Assembly: GCA_002104905.1 (NCBI GenBank)
Contig: MCFE01000020.1
Coordinates: 124,001 to 188,000, forward strand
Reading direction: 5' to 3'
Source of the DNA: Basidiobolus meristosporus CBS 931.73
Taxonomy: Eukaryota > Fungi > Basidiobolomycota
Length of the DNA: 64,000 nt
Shown: piece by piece, positions 50,281-63,806 of the stretch
Layout of the letters: every line of letters starts with the position of its first letter
How positions within the stretch are numbered: position 1 is the stretch's first letter
Made by a program: the position numbers and the translations under genes
The notes under the pieces: model-generated
The model's database searches: none
What the model was told of the DNA's origin: nothing
What the model saw: only the letters and a program-made list of their open reading frames with translations

Positions 50281-52508
50281 CACTAAGAACACTGTCTTTC
50301 CACAGACAGAATGTGCAGAAGTAAGCATGTAATTGCAGCAAGGTTGGCAAGCTACAAACCATTGGCCTGAATATGGAAACAATTGGAAACCAGAGAAGCT
50401 TAATATAGAGGGTATCTGTTGAAGTAAAAGCTTTCCACTGGGAGCAATGTATTTGCTTTTCAACAATATCCCTATACTAATGACCAAGTTGTATATTGGT
50501 CATTTCAAGCTAAATGAGTCCTTTGATACACCAGTAAATTTAGAAAGATTTGGCAAGATATCACAGAGTATCTGCTACCCTTAGTACTTCTCACAGGCTC
50601 CAATTTATATTCACATGCATATGCAACAATACAAATGCAAAGATTGGATGAACTGGATATGTATTTATTCAAGTGGCATTCTGAAGCCATTCCTACCAAG
50701 AGTACATTGGGAACATTGGGAGTCATATGTGGACATTGTAGGAATATTTATCAAGAAGCAGATCACTAATGCCAACTTGACATATCTACAGCTGTTGTGT
50801 GAGGAGCTTGTGGTGGGATTTGATCAACTATAATATAAACATAAAGCTGAACATGTAGATCTCTGCCACTACTATATCCATTCTCTACTCCATCTTGCAA
50901 GGTGTGTGGAGAATATTGGGCTTTGCTTCACCTTTTGGGAGTTTCCCATGGAGCAGATGTGAGGGGAGATAGGAAGACTAGTCAAGTAGCAGGTATTACC
51001 ATATCCCAATCTTATCAAGAATATCACCTTCAAATCAATCATGGATATGATGAGTTGGCACATGGAGGTCAGCCAAGAAGAGTTGGAAAGTACTGAGGAC
51101 AAATGTGCACATGGGGACACCTATGTCTTTATGAAGCTAAACAGCCCAATGCATGGGTAATCAGTCAAGTAATGCATAGTTGGGTTGGGTGCCACAAGCA
51201 ACTAACTTTTATCAGGAAAACTCTACCAAGATATGCCAGAATTCTAATGGTCACAAGCCAACTTCTACACCATTCAGTATGGGATTCACACAAACAAAAG
51301 CCAGAGCGCACCTATAAGGGGGACTAGCATCCAGCTGGGAGAAGGAATATATTGGCTAAATACCAAGAAGCTCTTTGCAGATATTCAGGAGGTATTCATG
51401 GCCAAAGTTGCAACAACCAAGCATATGTTTACAAGATGTATATGTTACCAGTAGTACAAGATATATGGCAACTTTGCAAGTATCACACTGAAAAGCTGTA
51501 AGTTGAGGTGATAGAAATATGTCAATTGCAGCAGGTGTGCCTGTTTGTAGAGGTTAGTAAGCAGGAGGCCATGGTTTTTTTTGATTTGAACTATATTTGG
51601 AATGCCCAAGGTAGTAGGGGGTAAGCAAATAAAGAGGGGTAATTCAACAGTGGAGTACATGAATTGCACAAGGGGAGGTAGAAAAGGAAATACCTATTGG
51701 TAAATTGGTACAGTTGCATTATACAGAACCAGTGGTAGGCTGTTGTAGTGGGGTAACAGTGACACCCACTGACTGATGTGCTCATTCCCCAATTTTCTAA
51801 ATCCCTGGCCAAAGTGGCAACAATTAGGCATATATTTGCAAGATGTATATGTTACCAGTAGTACAAGATATATGGCAACTTTGCAAGTATCACACTGAAA
51901 AGCTGTAAGTTGAGGTGATAGAAGTATGTCAATTGCAGCACGTGTGCATGTTTGTAGAGGTTAGTAAGCAGGAGGCCATGGTTTTTTTTGATTTGAACTA
52001 TATGTGGAATGCCCAAGGTAGTAGTGGGTAAGCAAATAAAGAGGGGTAATTCTACAGTGGAATATATGAATAGCACAAGAGGAGGTAGCAAGAGGAAATA
52101 CCATTGGGTAAATTGATATGGTAGCATTATAGAGAACCAGCTGTAGGCCATCTTACTGCTTACATAATGTGATCAGAGTCTTGCCATGAGGCCAATGCAA
52201 CACCATAAAGTTTCTGCCATACAATGTAATTGGATGTCCTGGCCAATTAGATCCACTTAGAATAGTTATTGAGTGCTAAAAGACCGCAATAATATCATGC
52301 AAATATGATCACAGTACCAATTAAATCTTGTCAAGTTTTATCCCTGTATTTGGTTGTAAAGTTAGCAAAACACTGTCATGATCCTGTCATAAGATCATCA
52401 GGAGGGCCACTAAGTCTAAGCTGCTGTTATTGTGATGGTCTCTAAGTGGGATCCTGATGGCTGATCTTGATTGGATCCACCTGCGGGACCAAATTATCTT
52501 TCATAGGG
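50281..52508 (+). mobile_element. 3' half of a CCCTA-type element with intact right terminus
   Basis: Tnp2 C-terminal fragments, then a right end matching 16200-16336 and ending CTTTCATAGGG. Confidence 0.85.
51744..51801 (+). repeat. Gypsy-2 LTR stub (~58 bp)
   Basis: TGTAGTGGGGTAACAGTGACACCCACTGAC..., with the same host junction as 55889. Confidence 0.85.
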
Positions 52509-52662
52509 TTTTAGCTTTAATACCACAAGATAGGTGGCAGCTTAAGGTTGATCAAACTCAGTGGCCAGCAGCATTTGCTGGCAGAGTTCTTGTTTGATGA
52601 GAATCCATCAGGTGCCAAGGCAAATGCATGGTCATACATACCTTCAGAGTAGCCCTTGCTAC
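52509..52662 (-). pseudogene. Short Tnp2 fragment
   Basis: Homologous to 28870-29010 (HAFALAPDGFS...CWPLSLINL). Confidence 0.75.
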
Positions 52663-54579
52663 TGTTGTAAGAGTCTTGGAGATATTGGAAGTGAATGGGA
52701 AGAGGAGTAGATTATGTGGTTTCACTTGTTACAAGTCTTGGTATAAGAGTTGTAGAGGAATAGGGAGTTTAGCTAGTATTGTATTCACTAAAACTTGAAC
52801 TGCTTTTTATTGAGGTTCCAGCAGCTCCTTATATACATTTTGCCAGAACATTTGCTGACTAATTGTATTTGCTAATGTAGGCTGTGGCTGATGACTCATT
52901 TGATTGCATCATCATCACCTAATTAGATCCTACTTAATATAACTATTTCTGTCTGATAAGGATCTGCTACTTCATCTGCTGACTAATACTGCTGATTTGA
53001 TAGATAACACTGATGTACTGAGAGGCTAAACATAAAACTAATTGATTTAACTAAATACTGATCTAACTTAACCATTCAAGCGGTAGATCATAGCACACTT
53101 AATGATTTCTTGAATGTAAAAGTAGTATTTATACTTTTGCATAGTATTAGTATAACAAGCATGTAGAATAGATTAAGGAAGGTCCCAACAACATGTGTGC
53201 AAAGTTTGGGGCTGTTTGGACAACTTTGAGAATTTTTATGTTCTGGGTACCTGTATTTTGGTGAAAATATTCTAAGTCCCAACTAGGATTTGGTTAGTAT
53301 TCACTAGGATTTGAAGGTGATGATCTGTATGACTAAGTGAGGTGAATATCTTAGCAGAATTATGAAGCTTTAAAACACTCCCACTCAGCTAAATGGTCAT
53401 ACTGACTAGTCCTAATTTTGACCTAAGATATTCAAACTTGCCTCTAGCTAATAGTTTGGTGTACATGTCTGCATTCATTTCATGTGAGGGATAATAAACA
53501 AAGCTAACTATGTTATTCTCTTTAGCTTCATGCATAAAATGAAGTCTAATATCTATGTGCTTAGTTAAAGCTTGAGAAGTTGGATTTCTACCTAATTATA
53601 TGCATGCTTGATTATCTTGAAAGAAAGTAATAGGTATTTTTTGACATAGCCTTAAATCTGCAAAGAGCTTTCTTTACCACATTGCTTCCTTTGTTGCTTC
53701 ACAGGCTGCCATATTCTCTGCCTCTGTGGTAGAAAGTGCTATGGTTGGGCGCTTTCTTGAATTCTGTGAAATTGCTCCTTGACAGTAAGGAAAGGTGTAT
53801 CCTATTGTGGATCATCTGTCTTCTAAATTTTCTCCCCAATCAGCATCAGAGTATCCCACAAGATTCTGTTCTAAATCCTTATAAGTATATCTTAAGCAGA
53901 TATCATCAGTTCCTTTTAGGTATCTAAAAACCTGCTTAACTGCTGCAATATGATCAGATCCATAGTTCTAATTATGCTGGCTGACAACTCCCACTGGATA
54001 TGAGATATCTGGACATGTTCCAAGCATGATATACATCAGACTACTGATCATTGATTGATAAGGAAGGTCAGGGCTTTCAGATGGCACCAAGCTCTCTGGA
54101 TTTGGTTGAGTCTTGACCAAGTTAAGATTTGTCTCCATTGGGGTAGCTGCTGGTTTACAGTCTTCCATTTGATACTTCTTTAGTATATCTTGAGTGTACT
54201 TGGATTGGCTTACAGTAATAGTCTGGGTACCTCTGTCTATGGAGAAGTTAATCCCTAAGAAGTAACTGAGTTCTGCTAGATTGGACATCTTGAACTCCAT
54301 CAATAGGCTGGATTTAGTCTCTTCTAACATTTATAGGTTGTTGGCAGCTATAATTAGGTCATCCACATATAGAGATAATAGAACTGAACTTGCTTTATCT
54401 GGCTTATAGTATTTACTATAGTCAGGATTACTTCTTTTGAAACTCAAACATTCCAAATAAGGATCTATATTATGATTCCAGGTGCTCAGAGATTGTCTGA
54501 GTCCATGTAGAGACTTTTTAAGCTTGCAGATGAAATGCAGTTATCCTGGTCAACAAACCCATTAGGCTGGCTCATGTAG
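52663..54579 (-). mobile_element. Copia-1 copy C: 3' LTR plus RNase H and RT, 5'-truncated
   Basis: LTR 52663-53377 (split by a Gypsy-1 solo LTR), PPT, RT/RH collinear with 310-1500. Confidence 0.9.
52727..53095 (-). repeat. Gypsy-1 solo LTR inside the Copia-1 LTR
   Basis: Matches 31190-31557; perfect 4-bp TSD CACT (52723-52726, 53096-53099). Confidence 0.92.
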
Positions 54580-57500
54580 GAACCCTCTTTACAATCTTAT
54601 TATGGGAATATGATGGTATTTTGCCAATTATACAACCAAATAAAGGGATAAAACTTGACAATATTTGCATTGTACTGTTGTGGTCTTTTAGCACTCTATA
54701 ACTGATTTAAGTGGATCCAGTTGGCCAGGACATCCAATTGCCTTTATATGGCAAGAAACTTGCCTGTAATTGACAGCCTCACAGCAAGTCTATGATGGCA
54801 TTATATTGGCAGTATGATGGTGTGGTGGTGTATAAGTCCAAGGGAGAGATACTTCCAACACTTCTCAAGTGTTTTGTGTGTGGGGTGTCCACTGGGTGCG
54901 CTAACCTCTGGCAAAAGCTTACTAGGAATACTTCGGTTCTGTCTCTAATCAAATGTGAAGGGGAATAAAGCCACAAGCTTGTCAAGGGAAAACTATTGAG
55001 CTACAATCCCCAACTTAGTTGGCATCTTAACAAAAGTATGTGCTGAGTTCAGCATCCTTTGAGATGACAATATATTAAAGCTTCCAAAGTCAAAACAACT
55101 GTAAACTCCACTAGTAGGGACTTGATAAGAATGCAGCTTTGGTCAATAGTTACAAAGACAGAAAAGTATTTTTGCCTGTACAAGAACAAACTTGGGAAAG
55201 AATCAAATATAATAAATGATACTTACTCTGAGTATTCCTCACAAGCAGTGCCTCCAAGGTCAGTTGGCTGTCAGCGCAGTTTCCTGGGAGTGTCCTGTGG
55301 TCTGGGGTTGGAAGTTAAGGTAGCAGCAGGTAGCAGTGATCACACTAATCAACAAGTTGGTATGTTGATAAAAAGGATGATGATTTATTGTTGAGGGATA
55401 GCCTCCCTTGTATACTTTTCTTACTGGCTAAGTGATTACTAACCATGGTGTTTCAGGAGGTTCTGGATATCAATAGAAATCTTAATGACATTGGAATGAC
55501 CTAAAAATGTTCTAAGTAGGTGCCAGAAGGTTCTAAGAGGCACAGCACATCCAACCAATCAGGAATCAGTATTCTGAAACCTGTGTAACATAGGGATACC
55601 ATATATGGTATGGAAATGGTAGGGATGGTGACACAGTTGATCATGTGTCACGGGTACAGGCAAGGGTACTTGCCTAATATAGATGCACTTATAGCTAGTA
55701 ATCTTACATAAACTGGGGGTAACTTATGCAATAAGGTAAGCAGGTGTAATAGTCAATTGGCTTATGGGATAGTACTGGTTGGATAAGACAATTGGGATAA
55801 AACTAAAATAAGTGTAGTAGAGATATAGGGAAGTAGAAAATAAGGGAATGAGCACATCTGTCAGTGGGTGTCACTGTCACCCCACTACAACAGCCTACCA
55901 CTGGTTCTGTATAATGCTACTGTACCAATTTACCAATAGGTATTTCCTTTTCTACCTCCCCTTGTGCAATTCATGTAGTCCATTGTTGAATTACCCCACT
56001 TTATTTGCTTACCCCCTACTACCTTGGGTATTCCACATATAATTCAAATCAAAAAAAACCATGGCCTCCTGTTTACTAACCTCTACAAACAGGCACACCT
56101 GCTGCAATTGACATATTTCTATCACCTCAGCTTTACGGCTTTTTAGTGTGATACTTGCAAAGTTGCCATATACATTGTACTACTGGTAACATATACATCT
56201 TGCAAATATATGCCTGGTTGTTGCCACTTTGGCCATGAATACCTCCTGAATATCTGCAAAGAGCTTCTTGGTATTTAGCCAATATATTCCTTCTCCCAGC
56301 TGGATTCTAGTCCCCCTTATAGGTGCGCTCTGGCTTTTGTTTGTGTGAATCCCATACTGAATGGTGTAGAAGTTGGCTTGTGACCATTAGAAATCTGGCT
56401 TATCTTGGTAGAGTTTTCCTGATAAAAACTAGTTGCTTGTTACACCCAACCCAACTTTGTATTACTTAACTGAATACCCATGCATTGGGGCTGCATAGCT
56501 TCATAATACCATAGGCATAGGTGTCTCCATGTGCACATTTGTCCTCAGTATTTTCCAACTCTTCCTGGCTATCCCACATGTGGCAACTCATTACATACAT
56601 GAAAGACTTGAAGGTAATATTCTTGATTAGATTGGGAAATGGCAGTACCTGCAATGTGACTTGTCTTCCTATCTCCCCACACATCTGCTCCATAAGAAAC
56701 TCCCAAAAGGTGAGGCAAGGCCCAATGTTTTCAATATACCAAGCAAGATGGAGTAGCTTTTGTGCTTTCTCTCTGCGGAAAGACAATGTTCTGTAAGTTG
56801 AGATTTGGGTAATAATAATGTGTGTGAGTTATGGAGTAAGTCACCTGGACCTCACACTTTTGACAGCTATACCATCCATTGGGCCCAGAAAAGCAAGTAT
56901 CTTGCTGATGGTTGGGTTATCTTCAGTGCAGATAGTCACATGAGCTTTAACATGGTGGCCATTTACTGTTATCCTAATGGAAAGCATACAAATGCATCCA
57001 GCAATAGATACCTGTAGCTATCCAGGTTTGATGGCAATATTGGCCTATATACCAGTGAGACTACCCTCAGATTTCTGCTCTGAGGCTGTAAAATAGGTGG
57101 CAGATTCAGGTTGATGAGAATCAGTGGTCAGCAGGATTTGCTGGTAAAGTAGTTGTTTAGTGAGAATCCATTAGGTGCCATGGCAAAGGCATGGTCATAT
57201 ACCTTCAAAGTAGCCCTTATTTCTTGGCTGTTTGTGATGTCTGCTATCACATATATTGGATATGTTTGAGCTTGATTGATACTGAGTGTGATACTTTTTA
57301 GCATAACCATATTTGTTGGACCTCATAAGCCTCTTTGGATGGGGTATTACTAGAATATATCCAGAGTGTGAACAATGTTTGCCCCCAATAGTGGTGGATT
57401 CCTGACAACTTGGACACCTTGCAATGGTGGCATTTTCTGATGTGAATGACATGCAACTGTTAACACATGCCAGTATCAGGTCAGTTTCTAGGTCATATGT

Positions 57501-57832
57501 TGCCATCCACATGACCATTTTCCACTTGTACCATGTACATGGTAGGTTGTATCCCAGGATGATCTTGTCAAGAAGTGGTAGTAAACCCACAATGCCCCTA
57601 TTATTGAAATAAGTGGAAATTCACCACTTATCTAGCTACAGCATCATATTATTCACCAATAGATGGATTACTTGGCTTACCTGACCCTGTAGAGTGTTCT
57701 TGGCATTTTTTCCATGGGTGCTGTTTCATTACATGGTGGAATTTTGCCAGGCCCATGCAGGATACTGTTATTAGTGAAGATAGGTTCACAATCCATTTGT
57801 GAGCCTGCTTTTTCAGATGTATCACTCTGCAT
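54580..57832 (-). mobile_element. CCCTA-type element fragment with decayed Tnp2
   Basis: Right subterminal sequence at 54580-54820; Tnp2 pieces 56466-56786 and 57195-57590; cut by Gypsy-2 B at 57833. Confidence 0.82.
54821..55889 (-). repeat. Gypsy-2 solo LTR (1069 bp)
   Basis: Flanks ATGG/ACAG, which reconstruct as ACGG by reciprocal CpG decay. Confidence 0.92.
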
Positions 57833-60800
57833 TGTAGTGTGGTCACAGTGACACCCACTAACAGATGTGCTCATTCCTATATTTTCTACTTCCCTATTTT
57901 GCTACTGCACTTATTTTAGTTGTATCCCATTTGTCTTACCTGATCAGTACTATCTCATAAGCCAGTGACTATCATATCTGCTTACCTTATTGCATAAGTT
58001 ATCCCTCACTTTATGTAGATCACTAGCTGTAAGTGCCTTTACATTAGGCAAGTACCTGCACCAGTACCAGTGACACCTGATCAACCCATGACACCATCCC
58101 TACCATTTCCATACCATATATGGTATCCCTATGCTACACAGGTTCCAGGGTACTGATTCCTGATTGGTAGAATGGGCTGTGCCTCTTAGCACCATCTGGC
58201 ACCCACTTAGAACATTTTTAGGTCATTCTGATGTCATTATGATTTCTATTGATACCCAGAACCTTCTGGAACAACATGGTTAGTATTCACTTAGCCAGTA
58301 AGAAAAGTATATATGGGAGGCTATCCCTCAACAATAAATCATCATCCTTTTTATCAATATACAAACTTGTGGATTAGTGTGATCACTGCTACCTGCTGCT
58401 ACCTGAGCTTCCAACCCCAGACCAGAGGATGCTACCAGGAAACCGCACCAACAGCCAACTGACCTTGGAGGCACTGCTTGTGAGGAATACTCAGAGTAGG
58501 TATCTTTTATTATGTTTGATTCTTTCCCAAGTTTGCTCTTGTACAGGCAAAGATACTTTTCTGTCTTTGTAACTATTGAGCACAGCTGCATTCTTATCAA
58601 GTCCCTGCTGGTGGAGTTTAGAGTTGTTTTGACTTTGGAAGCTTTAATATATTGTCATCCCAAAGGACGCTGAACCCAGCACATACTTTTGTTAAGATGC
58701 CAACTAAGTTGGGGATTGTAGCTCAATAGTTTTTCCTTGACAAGCTTGTGGCTTTATTCCCCATCACATTAGATTAGAGACAGAACCCAAATATTCCTAG
58801 CAAGCTTTTGCCAGAGGTTATTGCAGTCAGTGAACACCCTACATACAAAACACTTGAGAAGTGTTGGACGTATCTCTCCCCTAGACTTATACACCACCAC
58901 ATATTTGGCACACTACATGGGGGGCTCATACAAGCTCCCTAGGACCCAACAAGATTTATCTGAAGATTCGAGCTGTTATCCACTTATTGAAAGAGACCAC
59001 CAATATTATCAAGATTACAACACCAACCTACCTGCCCAAAATGAGCTCTATGCCATTACTTCTCTCACATGGAGCCCTACAGTTTGATGGAAAGAATGTG
59101 AAAAGCTTCATATTCAAATGGGAGAAGCTCTGCAAGATGTGCAGCCTATCTGAACAAGAAATGGCTGAAGATTTCCCCTACTATTGCACCAAAGAATTTA
59201 CCACTAAGCTTTTCAGACAAGGAGACATTCTCACTGATTGAGCCTTAATGAAGACCTATCTACAGACCAAGTATGGTAGACCCCAGATATACTATAGAAT
59301 TGAAGACCTCAGACACTTTTGTAGGACTGGACTTTCCAAGCTACCACTTGAAGAGTTCATTCAACAGTATGAAGATATGGCCAAGCCACTCCTAGAGTCC
59401 CAGGCTATAACTGAGTTTACCATGACACTTTACCTTGCTCAAGGGCTTCCCCAGGACTTGGCAAGGAAAGTTGACTTACATGCAGCCAAGGATGACAAGT
59501 CTGGCATTTCATGCTTTGCAGAGATGAAACATATTCTCCTAGAGGCAATGTAAACTTCCACCTTCATGAGACTTCTGAAGCCTAATCTGCCAGGCAAATC
59601 AGCCAAGGAACCAAGGAGTGCTGTTGCTGACTATCAGACTTACACTACCAACAGAATTGATTAACTTGCTGAACAGCTACAAAAGCTAGCCCTCAAGATT
59701 GATGGCTCAGCTGTAGTAGCTACTGAGGGCTAAAGACCTTTGCCCAGACACTACATCTGGTGTGACTATACTCAGCATGAAAGAAGAGAATGCTTAGAGC
59801 TTAGTCAGCTACCCAGAGAAGGAGCTGTGCAGTTTGATGCTGATGGAATGCTTGCTGACAGGGAAAGAAGAAGGATACCCACCTATTTCCAAAGAGGAGA
59901 GATGAGAGCTCTTTTCCAGAAATCTTACTGAGCAGCCAGAAAGATTGATGTTGATGCCCCTATTGGGACTCATACAGTGAATCCAAGCAGCCCTGACAAT
60001 AGACAATACAAAGTTGATGCCTTTGCTACCAAAAGTCACCTCCCTGAAGAGCTGCCAAACCCTTCCTTAGAAAACCACAATTTGAAGAGCCTGAGCTTAT
60101 CATTGGCAAGAAGCCTGGTATACTGCCCACCCAAGACCCATTGCCTCACTTTCAGATGACCTCAGCAATAGTAAGCTACTCAAGCCCTCAACTGATTACT
60201 GAGGAGCTGCAGAAGCAGAACCTCACTTTGTTGGTTGAAGAAATCATGAGTGTATCACCATCTGTTAGGAAGACCTTTGACAAGCAGCTTAGAAGAAGAC
60301 AACAAGCTGTTGAGCATATGGACACCCATATAGCTCAGATAAGCCATGAAAACCACCAAAAGGATGACAACACTACTGAATATAGGCCCTTTTACTCAGT
60401 TGCAACTGCTATGGTGAAAGGGTGTATATATGATGGCCCTGTTGACTGCCATATTGACAGGGGTTCAGAAATTTGTATTATGCTGCTGGACTTCTGGAAA
60501 ACACTTGGAAGCAAGGAGCTACTGCCTGTTGATAGAGATATTGGATGGAACATGACTGATGCAAGCTCAGGATCTAGTCCACTCTATGATGTAGTGCACA
60601 AGTTCCCTATTGAGGTCCAAGGAATCAAGGTTTGGCTTCCCCTCTTCATCTGCCAGAAGGCAAACTTTGACCTTCTGCTAGGTGGACCATGGAAGACCAG
60701 TACTAAGGCTACAACCATCAATTATTCCAATGGGTCAGTGTGCTACACTGTACAAGGATCAAGCCCAGCGCCACAGTCAATATTCTGTGGTGTAACACCC

Positions 60801-63800
60801 AACAATAAGAGGACACATACTGCTTGCCAAAAGACACATCTTGTTATGGAAGAAGATGAGGAGCCTGACAATATTCACCCCAACATTTGGAGCTGCTTGT
60901 TAGGTAAACAGGAGCAAATAGCTGTGGTTCAAACAAAATACAAGTCGGTAGAACAGAAGATTAAACCATCACTTACACCTTTGACTGATGGATCTTGTCC
61001 TGCTGATTACATCAGACAACCAGAAGAAACACCAGAAGATATACAGCTCACACCTGAGAGACTTAAGCAACTTATTATTGGTGATGGAAACCTAACACCA
61101 GAGGAGATCTTATTAATAGAAAAAACCCTGAAAAGACAAGATACAGTTTTCTCATACAAGGAGATGGGGCTCTTAAAGACATTGCTTTAAAAACCCATCA
61201 AGATTCATACAGTGCCCCACACACTCTGGTCATTTAAGCCTTACCCACTACCCAGAGGACTTCAAGCTGATGTGCATGACCCACTTAAGAAGAAGATAGA
61301 AGCTGGTATCCTAGAACCATTCCATGGACCTTATGCTAACAGATGGTTTGTGACTAAAAAGAAGCAGGGAAAGCTCCAATTCATTCAAGACATGCAACCT
61401 GCAAATGCTGTCACTATCAGAGATGCTGCTATACCTCCATCTATTTATGAACTTGCAGAAAGCTTTAGTGGCCACTCCATCTGCTCAACATACAATCTCT
61501 ACTCAGGACATGACCAGATCCCTCTTGACAAGACATCAAGAGATATATTTGCACTGCAGGCACCATTTGGACTGTTAAAGATGACAAGACTCAGCCAAGG
61601 GGCTACAAGCTCTGTGGCTCAGTTCCAGAGATGTATGGTGAATGTACTGTACCAGTTTAAGTCTGAGAAACCTGCTGTCTTTGTTGGTGACATAGGCATT
61701 AAAGGACTAAAATTCTGGGACACCACTGAAGTTATGCCTGGAGTAAGAAAGTTTGTCTATGACCATATTTCAGACAATGATGCCACATTACAAGCCATTG
61801 AAGAAGCTGGACTCACCATCAGTGGTGAGAAAAGCAGCTTTGGTGTATCAGAGATATCCATTGTTGAACAAAAATGCAACACCTTTGGTTGTTCACCTGG
61901 AGACTCCAAGACACAAAAGATATGCAACTAGCCTACTTGCACAAATCTAACACAAGCTTGTGGCTTTGTGGGAGCTTGTGGGTTCTTTACAATCTGGATC
62001 CCAAGATATTCTGAGATAGCAGAACCAATCTACCATCTACAGAGAAAGGATACCCCATTTATCTGGGGAGAAGAGCAAGAAGAAGCCATGTAATTACTAA
62101 AAGAGGCCTTAGTATCTCCACCAGCTCTAAAACCTCTTGACTATTGGAACACTGAATGCCTGCCTATTTTGACAGTGGACGCAAGCCCTATAGGAGCTGG
62201 AGCACTATTTGGCAAAGTTGATGAAGATGGCAACTGCTATGCCTGCAGATACAAGAGCTGCCTATTCTCTCCTAGAGAACAAAGATACTCACAGATTAAG
62301 AGAGAGCTACTAGGAGTTGTGAGGATGCTGAGGAAGCTGAATTCACAACTCTACATGACACATTTCATCCAGGAGACAGATGCCAAGCCACTTATAGGAA
62401 TGATCAACAAGCCTGACCTACCTGAGGATGCCACAAACCAATGGATGGCATGCTGTAAATGTATGACTTTGAGGTCAGAAATATCCCTGGCAAGACAAAT
62501 GTTGTGGCTAATGCACTCTCCGGGAAGGGACCACAATTATTTGAAGACTTGGACCCTCACTTTGATGATATCAATGGTGCAGAGATCCAACAGATTGCCA
62601 TCAAAAACAAGGAGAGAACTACCTGGAGTCTGATCAAGGAATATCTAAGGACACTCAAGAGACCTAGTTGGATGGAAATTTAGGAGTTTGGAAAACTCAG
62701 AAAGAAGGCACACCGCTACTATCTCACAGATGATCTCTTTACACTAGTGAAGCCTGGACTTATGCCAAGAAGAGTAGTCACTACCCCGCAAGAGCAACTG
62801 AACATCATGACAAGTATCCACCAAGGAGAACCAGGAGGACATAGAGGACAAGAAGCTACCTACAATACCACAGCTCAGAGGTAATACTGGGAAGTATGTA
62901 CTATGATATCAAACACTTTGCTGAGTCATGTGTAGCCTACCAGAAGAGATCCTCTAAGGGTTATGAAGAACCACTGCATCCTACTTAAACAATCTGTCTA
63001 TGGCAAAAGGTTGGTTTTGACCTTGTCCACATGCCAACAGCTGGATAAAAAAAGTACCTGATTGCTGCTAGAGATGATCTTGGTGGATGGGCAGAGGCTT
63101 GAGCCTTGCCCAACAACAAGAGCAATACCATATGGAGATTAATACTTGAAGACATTATCTGCAGATTTGGCTTCATCCAGCAGTTTGTTGCTGACAGAGG
63201 AGAGATGACATCCCAAATGATTCAGGAGTTATGCTCAGGGTACAAGATACACATTGCTTTTACTACAGCTTACCACCCTCAAGCCAATGGAATGATAGAG
63301 AGAGGACATGGACCATTGGTGAGCTCTCTTATCAAGACCTGTGAGAATAGCACAACACTGTGGCTACAGCAATTACATCTTGCACTCTGGGCAGATAGAA
63401 TTATTACCAAGTGAGCAACTGGATTATTGCCATTTAAGCTGCTCTATGGACATGACTGCATACTACCAGTTGAGTTAGACACAGTAACATGGAATTCATT
63501 GAATTGGAGATCCAATATGCAGACTGAAGACCTCCTTGCTACTTTCATACAGCAACTTGATCACCATGACTTGAATATCAACAGAGCAGCTGAGCAACTT
63601 AAGGATACATGACTGAGGAAAAAAGTGCCCTTTGACAAGTCACACTCAACAAGACCAAAACCACTACCACTAGGAGACCCAGCACTGCTCTTTGACTCCA
63701 CCTTGGACAAAAAATGGAGTTGGAAGTTTGACAACAAATGGACTGGCCCCTACATCATTTCCAAGGTGATTGGGAATGTAAGCTACTACATATCTGAGCT

Positions 63801-63806
63801 TGATAA
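57833..63806 (+). mobile_element. Gypsy-2 copy B (5' LTR through integrase C-terminus)
   Basis: LTR 57833-58901, decayed Lys PBS from 58906, gag-PR-RT-RH-INT; no 3' LTR in window. Confidence 0.92.
58987..63806 (+). pseudogene. Gypsy-2 B gag-pol, disrupted
   Basis: Homologous to 24232-27512; continues into RNase H (ETDAKPL), integrase (VADRG...YHPQANGMIERGH) and KWTGPYII. Confidence 0.92.

Noticed and set aside
44711-52508. Pairing the CCCTA left end at 44711 with the right end at 52508
   Set aside because: Flanks do not match (AAG vs TTT); 44711 pairs with 49686 by a perfect TSD.
13443-58600. Recurrent ~90-aa ORF MIRMQLWSIVTKTEKYLCLYKNKLG... (13443, 23548, 37838, 55122, 58328)
   Set aside because: It recurs only because it lies in the repeated Gypsy-2 LTR; it has a TTG start, is frameshifted in the 11279 copy and shows no recognisable domain.
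18608-58901. Dispersed ~1-kb repeats and short recurring motifs as CRISPR-like arrays or satellites
   Set aside because: They are LTRs and transposon subterminal motifs; no regular repeat-spacer periodicity.
657-63176. Numerous 60-110-aa ORFs antisense to or out of frame with TE genes
   Set aside because: Shadow ORFs, many with GTG/TTG starts from a prokaryote-style caller; no independent support.
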